Source: Octopus sinensis (taxonomy: Eukaryota). From it: DNA of 64,000 nucleotides. Every line of letters begins with the position of its first letter. The stretch's first letter is position 1. Made by a program: the position numbers and the translations under genes. Positions 12,080 through 24,849 of this stretch are shown piece after piece. The stretch is taken from positions 80,352,001-80,416,000 of the forward strand of contig NC_043000.1 in assembly GCF_006345805.1 (NCBI RefSeq). Reading direction: 5' to 3'. A model generated the notes under the pieces. The model saw only the letters and a list, made by a program, of their open reading frames with translations. It searched no databases and was not told where the DNA came from.

Positions 12080-12390
12080 TAATGACAAACCAAGACTTCT
12101 GGTGATATGCTATGCTTGAAAAGACACATCAAGCTAAGTGAATTATCGTCATTGCCAGTACTTGTGACATGTAAAAGGCACTCACGACAGTGACACATAA
12201 AAAGCATCCATGCCAGTGACACATAAAAAATACCCTGTACACTCAGTAAGGTGGTTGATGCTATGAAGGGCATCCTGCTGTAGAGACCAAACCAAAACAG
12301 ACTGAACCCTGGTGCAGCTTTCCAGTTTTCCAGTTTCAGTCAAAATGTCTAACCCATGGAAAGCAGACAATAAGTGGAGATGATGATGAT
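12080..12390 (+). mobile_element. RTE-3'-tail-derived short repeat ending in (GAT)n
   Basis: Carries the shared GTGG(T)TG..AGGAAGGGCATCC..CTGTAGA motif and a (GAT)n tail. Confidence 0.6.
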
Positions 12391-12625
12391 GATAAAGAAG
12401 AAGAAGAAGGGGAAAAGAGGAGAAGAAGAAGGGGAAAAGAGAAGAAGAAGAAGAAGAAGAAGGAGAAGGAGGAGGAGGAGGAGGAGGAGGAGGAGGAGGG
12501 GAGGAGAAGGAGAGGGGGAGGAGGGGAAGGAGGAGGAGGTGAAGAAGAAGAAGAAGAAGAAGAAAGAAGAAGAAGAAGAAGAAGAAGAAGAAGAAGAAGA
12601 AGAAAAAGAAGAAGAAGAAGAAGAA
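12375..12625. repeat. Compound (GAA)n/(GAG)n purine microsatellite
   Basis: Direct reading. Confidence 0.95.
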
Positions 12626-13102
12626 TCCAATAGTGGTAAAGTACTGTTTCAAATCAGTTCAAAAATGTTTTGGTAATGAAGATTTTCAGGAAGATATTGA
12701 AAGCATTTTCATTACCCCGCACGAACAGTTTTAGGAGGTGTGCTTGTACCCCTGCACCTCCTGTTCCCAAGCCTATGTTAATGTTTGACTGGTAACCTTT
12801 CCACCATTGACGCATGTAATGCTTCAGCAAAAATGAGTGAAATACAACGAAAATATAAAAAAATTAAATATAAGCAGTAAATATGAGATTAATAGTCTGA
12901 ATAGTTATAAGCTTATTAACAACAGTTTGTCTCAGAAATTTAGACATTTTATCAACTATTTGGTAATGAAATAAAGCTTGCAAATATGGGTAGCAGCAAT
13001 GTGTAAAGGAATATTAAACAAGGCAAAGACTATCAAATCTATTTACCTTCTGATTTTTGATGCCAATGTAGTGTGTGGGTCCATATATATATATATATAT
13101 AT

Positions 13103-13335
13103 AAGGTGGAGAGCTGGCAGAAATGTTAGCACAATGGGTGAAATGCTTAGTGGTATTTTGTCTATCTTTACATTCCCATTTCAAATTCTGCCGAGGTCGA
13201 CTTTGCCTTTCATCCTTTCGGGGTCAATTAGATAAGTACCAGTTACGCACTGGGGTCGATGTAATCGACTTAATCCCCTTGTCTCTCCTTGTTTGTCCCT
13301 TCTTTATTTAGCCCCTGTGGGCAATAAAGAAATAA
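13103..13335 (+). mobile_element. tRNA-derived SINE family B with GCCTTTCATCCTTTCGGGGTC central core
   Basis: Core resembles the widely conserved Meta-type SINE domain (from memory, not checked). Related copies at about 21650-21862 (-) and 56912-57130 (+), partial at 44490-44570. Confidence 0.65.
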
Positions 13336-13339
13336 GTAT

Positions 13340-13918
13340 GACCATCGAATGTTGGGTCTCACAGAGGTAATGACGAAAGACAGACCTCTGGAGATATGCT
13401 GTGACTGCGAAAACCCAACAAATAATGTGAGTTCATGGCTGTTTCCTGCACCAGCTTCACATAGAAGCCCCAGCCCATCCAAAGTGCCTTGGATTGCAGG
13501 ATGGCCTGCTGTGCTTACCTTGGATCATAGGGCAACCTGCTGTGCTTGAGGTGACCTATTGAGTCAAGTACATCAACATCAAAATAATCAAATGGAAATT
13601 GTAGTTGTGATACCTGTGCCGGTGGCACATAAAAAGCACCACCCATATGTGGCCAATGCCAGCACCGCCTTGACTGGCTTCCGTGCTTGTGGCACGTACA
13701 AAGCACCAACTGATCGTAGCTGTTGCCAGCCTCCTTTGGCACCTGTGCCGGTGGCACGTAAAAAGTACCCACTACACTCACGGAGTGGTTGGCATTAGGA
13801 AGGGCATCCCGCTGTAGAAACACTGCCAGATCAGTCTGGAGCCTGGTGCAGCCTCCTGGCTTCCCAGACCCCAGTCAAACCGTCCAATCCATGCTAGCAT
13901 GGTAAACGGATGTTAAAC

Positions 13919-13950
<32 letters not shown>
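13340..13950 (+). mobile_element. RTE 3'-tail element with internal ~60 bp VNTR and (GAT)n tail
   Basis: GTGCCGGTGGCAC(A/G)TAAAAAG(C/T)ACC units, GTGGTTGGCATTAGGAAGGGCATCC motif, (GAT)n tail. Confidence 0.75.
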
Positions 13951-13964
13951 ATATATATATAATT

Positions 13965-14201
13965 CTTTTATTCTTTTACCTGTTTCAGTCATTTGACTGT
14001 GGCTATGCTGAAACACCACCTTAAAAGGTTTTTTAGTCAAAATAACTGGCCCTAGGACTTACCCTTTTAAAGCCTAGTACTTATTGTATCAATCTCTTTC
14101 ACTGAACTGCTAAGTTACAGGGATATAAACACACCAACAGTGGTTGTCAAGGGATGGTGGGGGCAAACACAGGCATACACACAAATATAAACTTTTATCT
14201 A

Positions 14202-14238
<37 letters not shown>

Positions 14239-14632
14239 ATATATATTTATAATATACATATTATATATTATATATATATTGTATATATATATATAATAAT
14301 ATATATATATATTGTATATTATATATATTATATATATTATATATTATATATATTATATATATTATATATATATTGTATATATTATATATTATATATATTA
14401 TATATTATATTATATATATTATATATTATATTATATATATATTATATATATATTGTATATATATATATAATAATATATACACGATGCATTTCTTTTAGTT
14501 TCCACCTACTAAATCCACTCACAAGGGTTTGGTTGGCCTGAGGCTATAGTTGAAATGTGCCATGCAGCATGAGTGAACCTGGAACCATATGGTTGGGATG
14601 CAGACTTCTTACCACACAGCTACACCTGTGCC
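13965..14632 (-). mobile_element. Family A tRNA-SINE with expanded internal (TA)n
   Basis: Reverse-complement head at 14560-14632 and tail at 13965-14010; AT expansion at 14205-14480. Confidence 0.75.
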
Positions 14633-14776
14633 TGTAACTCTGTCGACTTTATTTTTCTGCAAGATTATCTTAGTGAAGGAAGCATCGTGTTGTTTTGTAT
14701 TGTGAAGCAAGCAGCTTGAACTATATCCATACACGAGTTCCATTCTATCATTACAGAAATGCCTCGAAACACATAC

Positions 14777-14958
14777 CAACATAGAACTTGAAATCTAATT
14801 CACATTTGTGAATGAAGTGGTAACACACAGTTTTAAACACCTCCGAATTAACCACTTTTGTTAATAGTGAAATATGGCAGTTCTGATGTTGTATATACCC
14901 TAAAGCATACATACACCATAAGAACGACCAGATTAGCAATGTTTGTACTTTTGTCATG
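14777..14958 (-). CDS. Candidate exon encoding a signal-peptide-like N-terminus (unidentified)
   Basis: Acceptor TTTTTCATTGCAG one base before ATG; MTKVQTLLIWSFLWCMYALG hydrophobic start; donor G|GTATGT at 14776. No homolog recognised. Confidence 0.25.
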
Positions 14959-15269
14959 CTGCAATGAAAAATACTTTGTTAATTTAATTAGTCTAAGGAG
15001 TTTATTTTCCATATTATGAGCCTGACTGTGAATTCATTGAATTGATGTGTCACCTGACATCTTTCATATTGCCTTTCAAAAGTATCTCACTGGTTGTGTT
15101 TGGTTATTTTGCCTTAGCAAAGTCTTCTTTTATAAGAAGCCTGTAATGCATAAAAATTTACTTCATTTGATTTGCAAGAATTTTTATCTGAAGCCATGTG
15201 TTGAAACCAATATTGTTCTATGTTGGAAGCGATATATCATTAAAGCCCATAAGCACACCAGTTGTTGTT

Positions 15270-15827
15270 TTTTTATCTTTATCTTTTATCTTTTAATCGT
15301 TTCTGTCATTAGACTGTGGCCATGTTAGAGCATCATGTGGAAGAATCTTAGTTAAGCAAATTGATTCCAATACTTATTTTTAAAAATCTGATGGGTTTTC
15401 TTTTTTATGGAGATGTGCTTGCATAGCAAGTGGCCTGATCTGAGATCGTGTGCTGGAATGAAAACAATTGCAGCGTGGAAGGTGTTTATAAGCCCTTTAA
15501 GAAACACAGAAAAAACGTTAGATTCACTTCAACATTTAAATTGAATTTGCCAAAATATTTTCATTGCTTTGAGACCACGACCTGTTCATTGACAAAACTC
15601 TGTGATGTAATTTTGTCAGTGAACAGGTCGTGGTCTCAAAGCAATGAAAATATTTTGGCAAATTCAATTTAAATGTTGAAGTGAATCTAACGTTTTTTGT
15701 GTGTTCTTAAAGGGCTCATAAACACCTTCCACTCTGCAATTGATATTGTTTTATTAGTCACTTTTGCCAACAACTAAGTTATAGGGACATAAACACCAAC
15801 ACTAGTTGTCAAGTGGTGGTGGGTGAC

Positions 15828-15872
<45 letters not shown>

Positions 15873-15940
15873 ATGGGCTTCTTTTTGTTTCCATCTACCA
15901 AATTCATTCATAAAGCTTTGGTTGACCTGGGTCTATAGCT
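15270..15940 (-). mobile_element. Family A tRNA-SINE interrupted by a fold-back element
   Basis: Tail at 15270-15390, body resumes at 15750. Confidence 0.65.
15408..15742. mobile_element. Fold-back/MITE element (~275 bp palindrome plus unique 5' leader)
   Basis: 15465-15742 is near-perfectly self-complementary; full copy at 37051-37368, half copy at 16945-17095. Confidence 0.8.
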
Positions 15941-16910
15941 GGATTATTAACTCTCACTTTGAAGGGTATGCATTTACAATCCAAGAACAGGAAATATCAA
16001 ACAAGTACCTGATGCACAAATGGGATAGAGATGCAGGAAAAGTAGCAAAATGTGACAACTGATGCAGACTTTGTGGAGTTCACACTGAAGATATCATCCA
16101 CATCATAAGCAGTTGTCCGAAAATGTCATCACAGTATTATCTACCAATGAGACATGATGTTGTATCTAGGACACCCTACAATGAAATCGGTCAGAAGGAT
16201 AATCCCGTGGACAAAGAAATAAAACCCCACAATATGGTAGAAGTCATAGCCACTCATAATGAAAAGGAATACTGGTGGAATGTACCAGTGAAGACCTCAA
16301 TAAAATGTAAGCACAACAGACCTGATATAATGATTTGGGATATAGAAGAGAAACTGTGCACAGTTGTGGAAATTAGCTGCCCAGCGGATGTTAACATAAA
16401 GCTGAAGATCAGTGAAAAAGAGAACACCTATTCTGAACTATTGAGAAATCTGCAGTTACTCTATCCAGATTACAAGTTCAGGTTTAACCTGTAATCATTG
16501 GGGCCCTGGAATATGTAACACACTGCCTAAATACTAATCTTGAGAAATTAGGCTTTTCAAAACCAGAAAGGAGAAGCCTAATTCAAGCGCTACAGATCCA
16601 ATCCATCATTGGAACTGTAAAAATCTGTAAAACTTTCCAGAAGTTTATCATTTAGATATATATGAGCATGTCTAGATATGTAACTCTACGCATGAGAAGA
16701 CATACATAACATATACAAATCTGCACATACATACATAGATACATACATACATATACATACATACATACATACATACATACACATACAAACAAAAATACCC
16801 CGTTGTTGATGTTGAAATTCCAATGAAGAAACTTTGGGTCTAGGTTAGAAACCGGTTCTTTCTCTATTGACAATAAATGTTGAAATAAACTGTAATAATG
16901 ACATACATAC
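15940..16910 (+). mobile_element. 5'-truncated RLE non-LTR retrotransposon (second R4-like family)
   Basis: CRLCGVHTEDIIHIISSC knuckle, RHD, RPDIMIWD...VEISCP endonuclease; 3' UTR with internal and terminal (CATA)n. Confidence 0.85.
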
Positions 16911-17587
16911 ATATATATCATGCACTAACTGTTACTTTCTGAGATGCAGCATGAAATTTTGTCAGTGAACAGGTCGCGGTTTCAAAGCGATGAAAATATT
17001 TTGACACAAATTAAATTTAAATATTTAAATGAATCGTATGGTTTTTTGTGTTTTTTAAATGGCTTATAAACACTTTCCAAGCTGCAATTGTTTCTCAAGG
17101 GTAAGAATAAATGTATTATAAAACTGTAGCTTTTATAAAAGTATTCACACAAACAAAAAGTAGAAATAATGATAATCAACATAATGGCTATAACAAATGA
17201 TGCCACATATTAATAACAATAATTACTTTTATGGGAAGAGTGGATTTTAAGGAAGAGAAGATGGAAGATAAAGAAGATAAAGAAATAAAGGGAGAAGCAA
17301 GTTGTATCTATTGATATCAGGTTTGAAAGTCTTGTGCAGCCTTAGTTCTGTGGTTAAGAAACTTGCTTTGCAATTACATGGTTTCAGGTTCAGTACCTCT
17401 GTGCAGTGGTTAGGCAGCAGACTCGAGGTCAGAGGATTGTGTTTTCGATTCCCAGACTGGGCATTGTGTGTGTTTATTGAGCGAAAACACCTAAAGCTCC
17501 ACGAGGCTCTGGCAGTACCTTAGGCAAATGTCTTCTACTATAGCCCCAGGTTGAACAATGCCTGAGGAGTAAATTTGATTGATGGGA

Positions 17588-17636
<49 letters not shown>

Positions 17637-17724
17637 ATATATATGGATGTATAAAACAAGTATAAGTGCTATATTCTAACCAATACACCATGTGTATCCA
17701 CATCTCCTCTAATATATATATATC

Positions 17725-18118
17725 ATTTATCTTTTGCTTGTTTCAGTCATTAGACTATGGACATTCTGGGGCACCACCTTGAAGAATTTTTAATCAAACA
17801 AATCAATCCCAGTACTTTTTTTTAGACCTGGCACTTATTGTCTGTCTCCACTAAGTTACAGGTATATAAACACACCAACACCGGTTGTCTAGCAGTGATG
17901 GAGGACAAACACAGACACAAAGATACACACATAAATATATATACACATACAATGCGCTTTGTTTTGGTTCCCATCTACCAAATCCACTCACATGGCTTTG
18001 GTTGACCTGGGGCTTTAGCAAAAGACACTTGCCCTAGGTATTACAAAGTGGGACTGAAACCAAAACCATGTGGTTGGGAAGCAAGCTTCTTACTACACAA
18101 CCATGCCTGTGCCTGCCT
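17725..18118 (-). mobile_element. Family A tRNA-SINE
   Basis: Complete head, body and tail in reverse complement. Confidence 0.75.
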
Positions 18119-18282
18119 ATATATATATATATACATATATATATATACCAGTGTAAGCACATAAATGCGAAACAAGGAGGAAAAAATAACACTCAAATAC
18201 CAGAGGTAGAGTTATTAAAAAGCAGAAAATACATCACAAAAAGTAATAGTTTTTGTGGTACTTTTGCTGCTTTTTAATAAAG

Positions 18283-18690
<408 letters not shown>

Positions 18691-18712
18691 ATATACATAT
18701 ATATATATTAAA

Positions 18713-21217
18713 CCACATGCTCCAGTTGGGCATCATTCGACCCTCTAATAGGCCCTAGGTAGTGCCCTTGCACATGGTTCCAAAGTGTTCCAGGGAATGG
18801 TGGCCCACTGGTGACTACAGGAGATTAAACTTCTTCATGGTGCCAGACAGTTACCCATTATCCAACATTCAGGATTTTGTATCATTTCTCCACAATAGCA
18901 GAGTAATCACCAAATTGAACTTGGTTAAGGCACATCATCAGATTCCTGTGAATCCAGAGGATATTCCAAAGACTGCTGTAACTACTCCTTTTGGTGTCTT
19001 TGAAATCCTAACTATGCCATTTGGTTTATGGAAATCAGCCAGCACATTTCAAAGGTTCATAGATGAAGTCATCCGAGACTTAGACTTCATCTATGTGTAC
19101 ATCAACGATATCTTGATAGCTAGTGCCTCACCCGAGGAACATCTCCATCATGTATGTCAGCTGTTCAAGCGGTTCAAGACTTGCCAAGTGCAGATCAGCC
19201 CTACCAAATGTATTTTTGGTGCATCTACTTTGACCTTCCTAGGTCACATCATCAGCCCTGAAGGCATATCACTACTGCTTGATAAGGTGAGGGCATTGCA
19301 GGAGTTACCTCCACCTACCTTGTTATGTTATCTCTGACATTTCTTCTATCAGCACTTTGTTCCTCATTCAGCTGAAATATTGTATCCACTAGATACACTC
19401 CTTCAGAATAAGAAAAAGAGGAATGAGCCGATAGCATTGGACTCCACCCAATGTGACTTCAATACAGCAAAGCAACAACTCGCTCAGACCCACCCTGTCA
19501 CAGACACTCAGCTATCCCTTGTGGTGGATGCATTCAACACTACCAGAGGCATAATCTTACAACAATTTTCACCAGCAACAACTCCAGACTCTTGTTCTTT
19601 TTCTCTTGGCAGCTTAAACCAGCTGAAACTCACTACAGCACTTTTGGACAGGAGCTGTTAGCTATGTATTTAGTAGTCAAACATGTCTGGCACACACTTG
19701 AGGGATGCCAATTCAGAATTTTTACAGACCACCATCCATTCACCTTTTCCCTGTGCTCGAAGCCTAAGAAGTACTCTCTGCAGGAAACCAGGTACTTGGA
19801 TTTCATTTCCCAATTTACTGCTGACAACTGCCATATCTCTGGTGTAGATAACACTGCTGCAGACACCTTATCACGCCTACCACTGAATTTGCTGTTGTCC
19901 CCCACAGACATCAACCTGCATTTCCTGGCTAGAGATCAACCTCGCTTAGAGACAATTGATATATCCTTACCCACCTGTGTCACATGCAACTTCAAGTAAT
20001 TCCCAATACCCACAGCTGATGCACAGATTTTGTGTGATACTTTCACGAATTCTCCTCATCCTTTTGTTCTGGAAACCCACAGACAAACAGTCTTCAACAC
20101 ACTACATAACTTGTCACACCCTGGCATCACTGCCACAGTGAAACTCATTTCAGCTTGATACTTTTGGTCAGATATGAGACTAGACATCACTGCTTGGTCA
20201 TGCTCCTGCCTTTTATGTCAAAAGTCAAAGTTGCATAGGCACATTTGTGCACCCCTTGGCACATTCAACACACCAGATGTATGTTTCAACCACATACACA
20301 TCAACCTTGACAGCCAAGGATGTATCTACCTGCTCACCTGCACTGATCATTTCGTATGTTGGCCAGAAGCTATTCCTTTAGTAGATATCACTGCAGAATC
20401 TGTTGCCAAAGCTTTTCTCACAGGATGGATATCACAGTACAGAGTTCCTACCATCACCCCTACTGACTGTGGAAACAGTTTAAATTGCAACTCTTCCACG
20501 AGCTCACGAAGACCATAGGTGCATGTTAGATTCGAACTACCAGTTACCATCCACAATCCAATGGTACAGTGGAATGATTCCACCATCAAATGATAGCTGT
20601 TTTGCGTGCTTACCCAAATCAGCAGTGATGGAGCGAATATCTTTCTATAGACCTTTTTGGCTGTCAAGCCTTGATAAAGGAGGATCTCAGTTATTCCCAA
20701 GCAGAACTTGTCTATGGCACACCTCTTTTGTTGCCAGGCCAGATGTTGGCCCCAGTAAATCTGTCCACACAACACACCACTATGTACATACACAGACTTC
20801 ACAGATGCATGCAAGAACTGCCACCCATGTCAACACACGACACTAAACCACTAAATCATCAGTTCCAAAAGACATTGATTCTTGGAACTATGTGTTTCTA
20901 GAAACGAGGCTGTGAAAATCCTTCTCATACCTCCAAACACAGGACTCTATCACGTCCTGTCGTACACAGATAAACTATATACCATAGACATCAATGGTAA
21001 AAAGGAAACTGTCTCACTAGATAAGCTTAAGTGGGCATACACAGACAATGAAACAATACCACCTCATACACCAGTCACAGTACAACATAAAACAAATGCT
21101 ACTCCACAGCAACCAACACCAATACCATCGCACACACTGACCCCTCCTCCATCTACATACGTGACTACAACTCGTAGTCGTTGCTGTGTACATTGCCCCC
21201 ACCCCCAAGCTGTCTAA
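18713..21217 (+). mobile_element. Decayed Ty3/Gypsy pol (RT, RNase H, integrase), 5'-truncated
   Basis: PLHMVPK, GDYRRLN, KTAVTTPFG, MPFGL, YINDILI; RH remnant YSTFGQELLA...FTDHHP; IN remnants HICAPL, WPEAIP. Many stops and frameshifts. Confidence 0.9.
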
Positions 21218-21929
21218 AACTATATACATCTGAACTATAATGAATTATTTGTGAACTTAACAAAAACTCTTCAACACATTTCACCAAAGACACAGTTTTG
21301 TTCTTCGGAGTATTCTTTCGAACTTTACCTAATCAATTTGAACATTTTACTTATTTCTTTGTGTTCATGTTCTGTTTAACCTTACGATGCTTTGCCTTTT
21401 CATTTCAGTTTCTCATTTTTTTGTTGTATTGCATCCTTCTGTTTGTATTCCATGTTCTTACCTACTTTTTGTATTGCTCCGTACTGTTCCATTAATCACA
21501 GTATTTTCTATCCACAGCTTAGTATCTAGGACAGGTTATCTATTTCTGGGGTGTTTAGAGGGGTAGTCTACAGTAACTTTTATACTGCTGTAGATTGAGT
21601 TAGCTATGTGTTGTATTGTTGTCATCATCTGTTCTTCACACAAACATAGTAATTTCAGATTTTGGTAAAAGGCCAGCAGTTTCAGGGGACAAGGTAAATT
21701 GATTGCATCGACTACAGTGTTCCACTGGTACTTATTTTATCAACCCTGAAAGGATGAAAGGTAAAGCTGACCTTGGCAGAATTTGAGCACAAAACATAAA
21801 GACAGATGAAATGACGATAAGTGTTTTGCCTGGAATGCTAACAATTCTGGCAACTCACCACTCTAGGCTACATCTACATATTCAAACAACTGTACTCTCG
21901 TCCTCAATCAAAAATGGATCAAATGTCCA

Positions 21930-22186
21930 TCATAAACCATAGGCTCATAAAGCTGGTTTCCTGGATTCTGTGACATATGTATTCCTGTCCCCTCACCACC
22001 ACCACTCCCTTGAGAGGATACTGTTACATCAAAGAGTCACTTATTTTTGCCAGTTGAGTGAACTGGAGCAACTTGAAATAATGCGTTTTGCTCAGGGACA
22101 CCATGCATTGTCCAGTCCAGAAATTGAAACCACAATCTTACCAGCATGAGTGCAACACCCTAACCTATAAGCCATGCACCTCCACA
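21930..22186 (-). mobile_element. tRNA-derived SINE family D (same as 32980-33225)
   Basis: Reverse complement begins GTGGAGGTGCATGGCTTATAGGTTAGGGTG with B-box GGTTTCAATTTC. Confidence 0.65.
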
Positions 22187-22306
22187 CCTCCTTATAAAAT
22201 ATATGTATGTATGCATGTATGTATGTTTGTATGTATGTACAGAATGTATGTTATTTATATCTATCTATCTGTCTGTCTATCTATCTATATATATATATAT
22301 ACATAC

Positions 22307-22337
<31 letters not shown>

Positions 22338-23221
22338 TGTATGTATGTATGTATGTATATATATGTATGTATATATGAATCAAAACAGTTTGATTCAAAT
22401 TTGTTGATACTCTTGAGTTTCAAGTGTGATACTTGTCATCTGTGATTTTGAATTTGATTCAAATTCGTTGGTACTCTTGAGTTGAGTACTATTTTCAACT
22501 GTTATTGTGTTATAAAACTCTGTATCAAGTACTATATAACATTGTTGGATTATTTATAAATTAGTGCAAAGAAGTTGTTATTATTATTGTTATATACACT
22601 TATATCTCTACTTGTATGTATATAAGTGTGCACGTGAATGTGCGTGAGAGTATATATGTGTGTATGTCTGTATGTACGTGTATATGTATGTGTGTATATA
22701 TGTATGTATGTATGTGTGTATGTATGCATGTGCATATGTATGTGTGTATGTGTGTATCTGCATGTATATGTATGTATGTATGCATGTATGTATGTGTGTG
22801 TGTATGTATGTAATGTAGTACAGACGGTAAAGATGAAGTTAATAGTCTGGAAGATGATAATCTTATTAACAACAATTCATCACAGACATTTAATCCTTTA
22901 AGATATTAAGTCTTTACAAGATAATAAGATAAAAACATACAATAGATAAAACAAAATATGAAGTTTCTGAAATGCTACAGAAAAGTTTGTAAAATATTTT
23001 CAAACTAACTGAAGAACTACAATTTCCAATATAAATGCAATTTCTTACAGCACGTTAATTACCAGAGCAGACAATGTTTGTTATGTTAGCTGCAAATAAC
23101 AGGGATATGCACTATTTTACAGTTAACATTATAAATGTGCACTACAAGTACAATAAGCTTCAAATCATCTTGAAAGGGTGAACACAATTTTTTTTTAAAG
23201 TTTTGGGTTTAGTTCCACTAC

Positions 23222-23313
23222 ATGTCACCTTGGGCAAGTGTCTTCTAATATAGCCTCCAGTTGACCAAAGACTTGTAAGTGAATTTGGTTGACAAAAACT
23301 GAAAGGAACCTGT

Positions 23314-23355
<42 letters not shown>

Positions 23356-23575
23356 CACACGTGTATGTGTGTGTGTGTGTGTTTGATCGCTACCACCACT
23401 TGACAACTTGTGTGGGTGTGTTTACATCCCCATAACTTAGCAGTTCACCGAAAGTGACCAATAGAATAAATACCAGACTTAAAAAAAGTCCTGGGGTTAA
23501 TGTGTTTGACTAAAACCCATCAGGGCAGTGCCCCAACATGGCCATAATCAAAATGATCGAAACAAGTAAAAGATG
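23222..23575 (+). mobile_element. Family A tRNA-SINE (head-truncated)
   Basis: CACCTTGGGCAAGTGTCTTCT body, (TG)n, tail ...GAAACAAGTAAAAGATG. Confidence 0.7.
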
Positions 23576-24849
23576 AAGGATAACGATAAAACTTCCTCGG
23601 CTGAGGTGATACTAGCCACAGATTCTGAAGTTTAGTTCCTGGTATCAATGAGGGGCTGCTGAAACGTTCTTGGCTTTGGGTAAAAGAAAATATAGGAGGT
23701 TCAGTTAATTAAGATTTTATTCAGCATTTTCCCCTTTCAGATCTGCACACTTATGGCAGCAGTCCTTCAGTTATTCTAAGCCTTGTAAAAGAACTCAGAA
23801 GGTTGGGCTTCCAACCAGGCCTTTCATGATACCCTTAAAGCCAAAAACTTTACAGCACCCCATAGCATATTTGAGAGCAGAAAGTTCCAGTCCAGAGTCT
23901 ATGTGTGTATTTTGGTATAAGGTATCAAGAGAATGTGCACAATTGAGAAGGTACCTGTTGTATGGCATCTCTCAAACTGCTATGGCAGCATAACACTGAG
24001 TTCTAATGAAGCTTTTGTATTGAGCCTCTACTATTCTGTTTACTAAACCAAGTGTAATTCCAGACAGTTTTATAGTTGCACTACAAGATGTCAAGATTAT
24101 ATTATTTTATTTTCAATTTAGAAAGTGATATTCAGAGTTCAATAAAAAAGAAATTTCAAACTTTCTTTTGAAGTCTGGAACAGTTGATGATATATAGCGA
24201 TAGCTAATGGCAGTGTGGTCTATATTTTGGTACTGTAGTCATCTATATATAGTGATTCCTTGAGCTTAAACTGACAGATGATGAGTAAAGTTTAAAGTAA
24301 TTCCTGAATGTTAACTGAAAGAGATCAATCAACTCAGAAGGGACCAAGGAATCAATACTCTTGTAAAATATGAAGAAGTGTTTGAAGTATATACCACATT
24401 ACCACCACCACTACCACTACTGCCACCACCACTACTGCTACTGCCGTCACCATCACCACCACCACCACCACCACCACCACATCCACCACACCATCATCAC
24501 CACCAAACCGCCCTCCCACCACCACCATCATCCTCTTCCATTTATGCCCATTTTCTATGTTTGAATGGGTTCAATGAGGCCTCCAACATGTTGCATTCTT
24601 TAGTTATCTCCTTTGTGAAATTCAACATCCTGAGATTAGCTTCCACCACTTCTGTTCATGCCATTGGTTTTCATTTGCCATTTGGTTTCTTCCATATAGA
24701 TCTCCTGACTCTTCTTCATCCAACTATCATCATCCAACTGCCATCACATGTCAACATCAATGAAGTTGTTTCTCTTGCACACCATAACTGATACACAAGT
24801 ACATGTTTTTTCTGACTAATGAAAACTCATTGGGAAATTACACTGTGGA

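Noticed and set aside
16815-16870. Hammerhead-like layout with GAAACCGGTTC palindrome in the RLE 3' UTR
   Set aside because: The core reads CCAAUGA (two mismatches) and stem I is unconvincing.
21220-21650. 3' LTR of the Gypsy element
   Set aside because: A purine run at about 21556-21566 could be a PPT, but there is no paired LTR or clear TG...CA boundaries.
23741-23830. Possible plus-strand terminal exon (LHTYGSSPSVILSLVKELRRLGFQPGLS*)
   Set aside because: Good acceptor, but short with no homolog or linked exon; chance is plausible.
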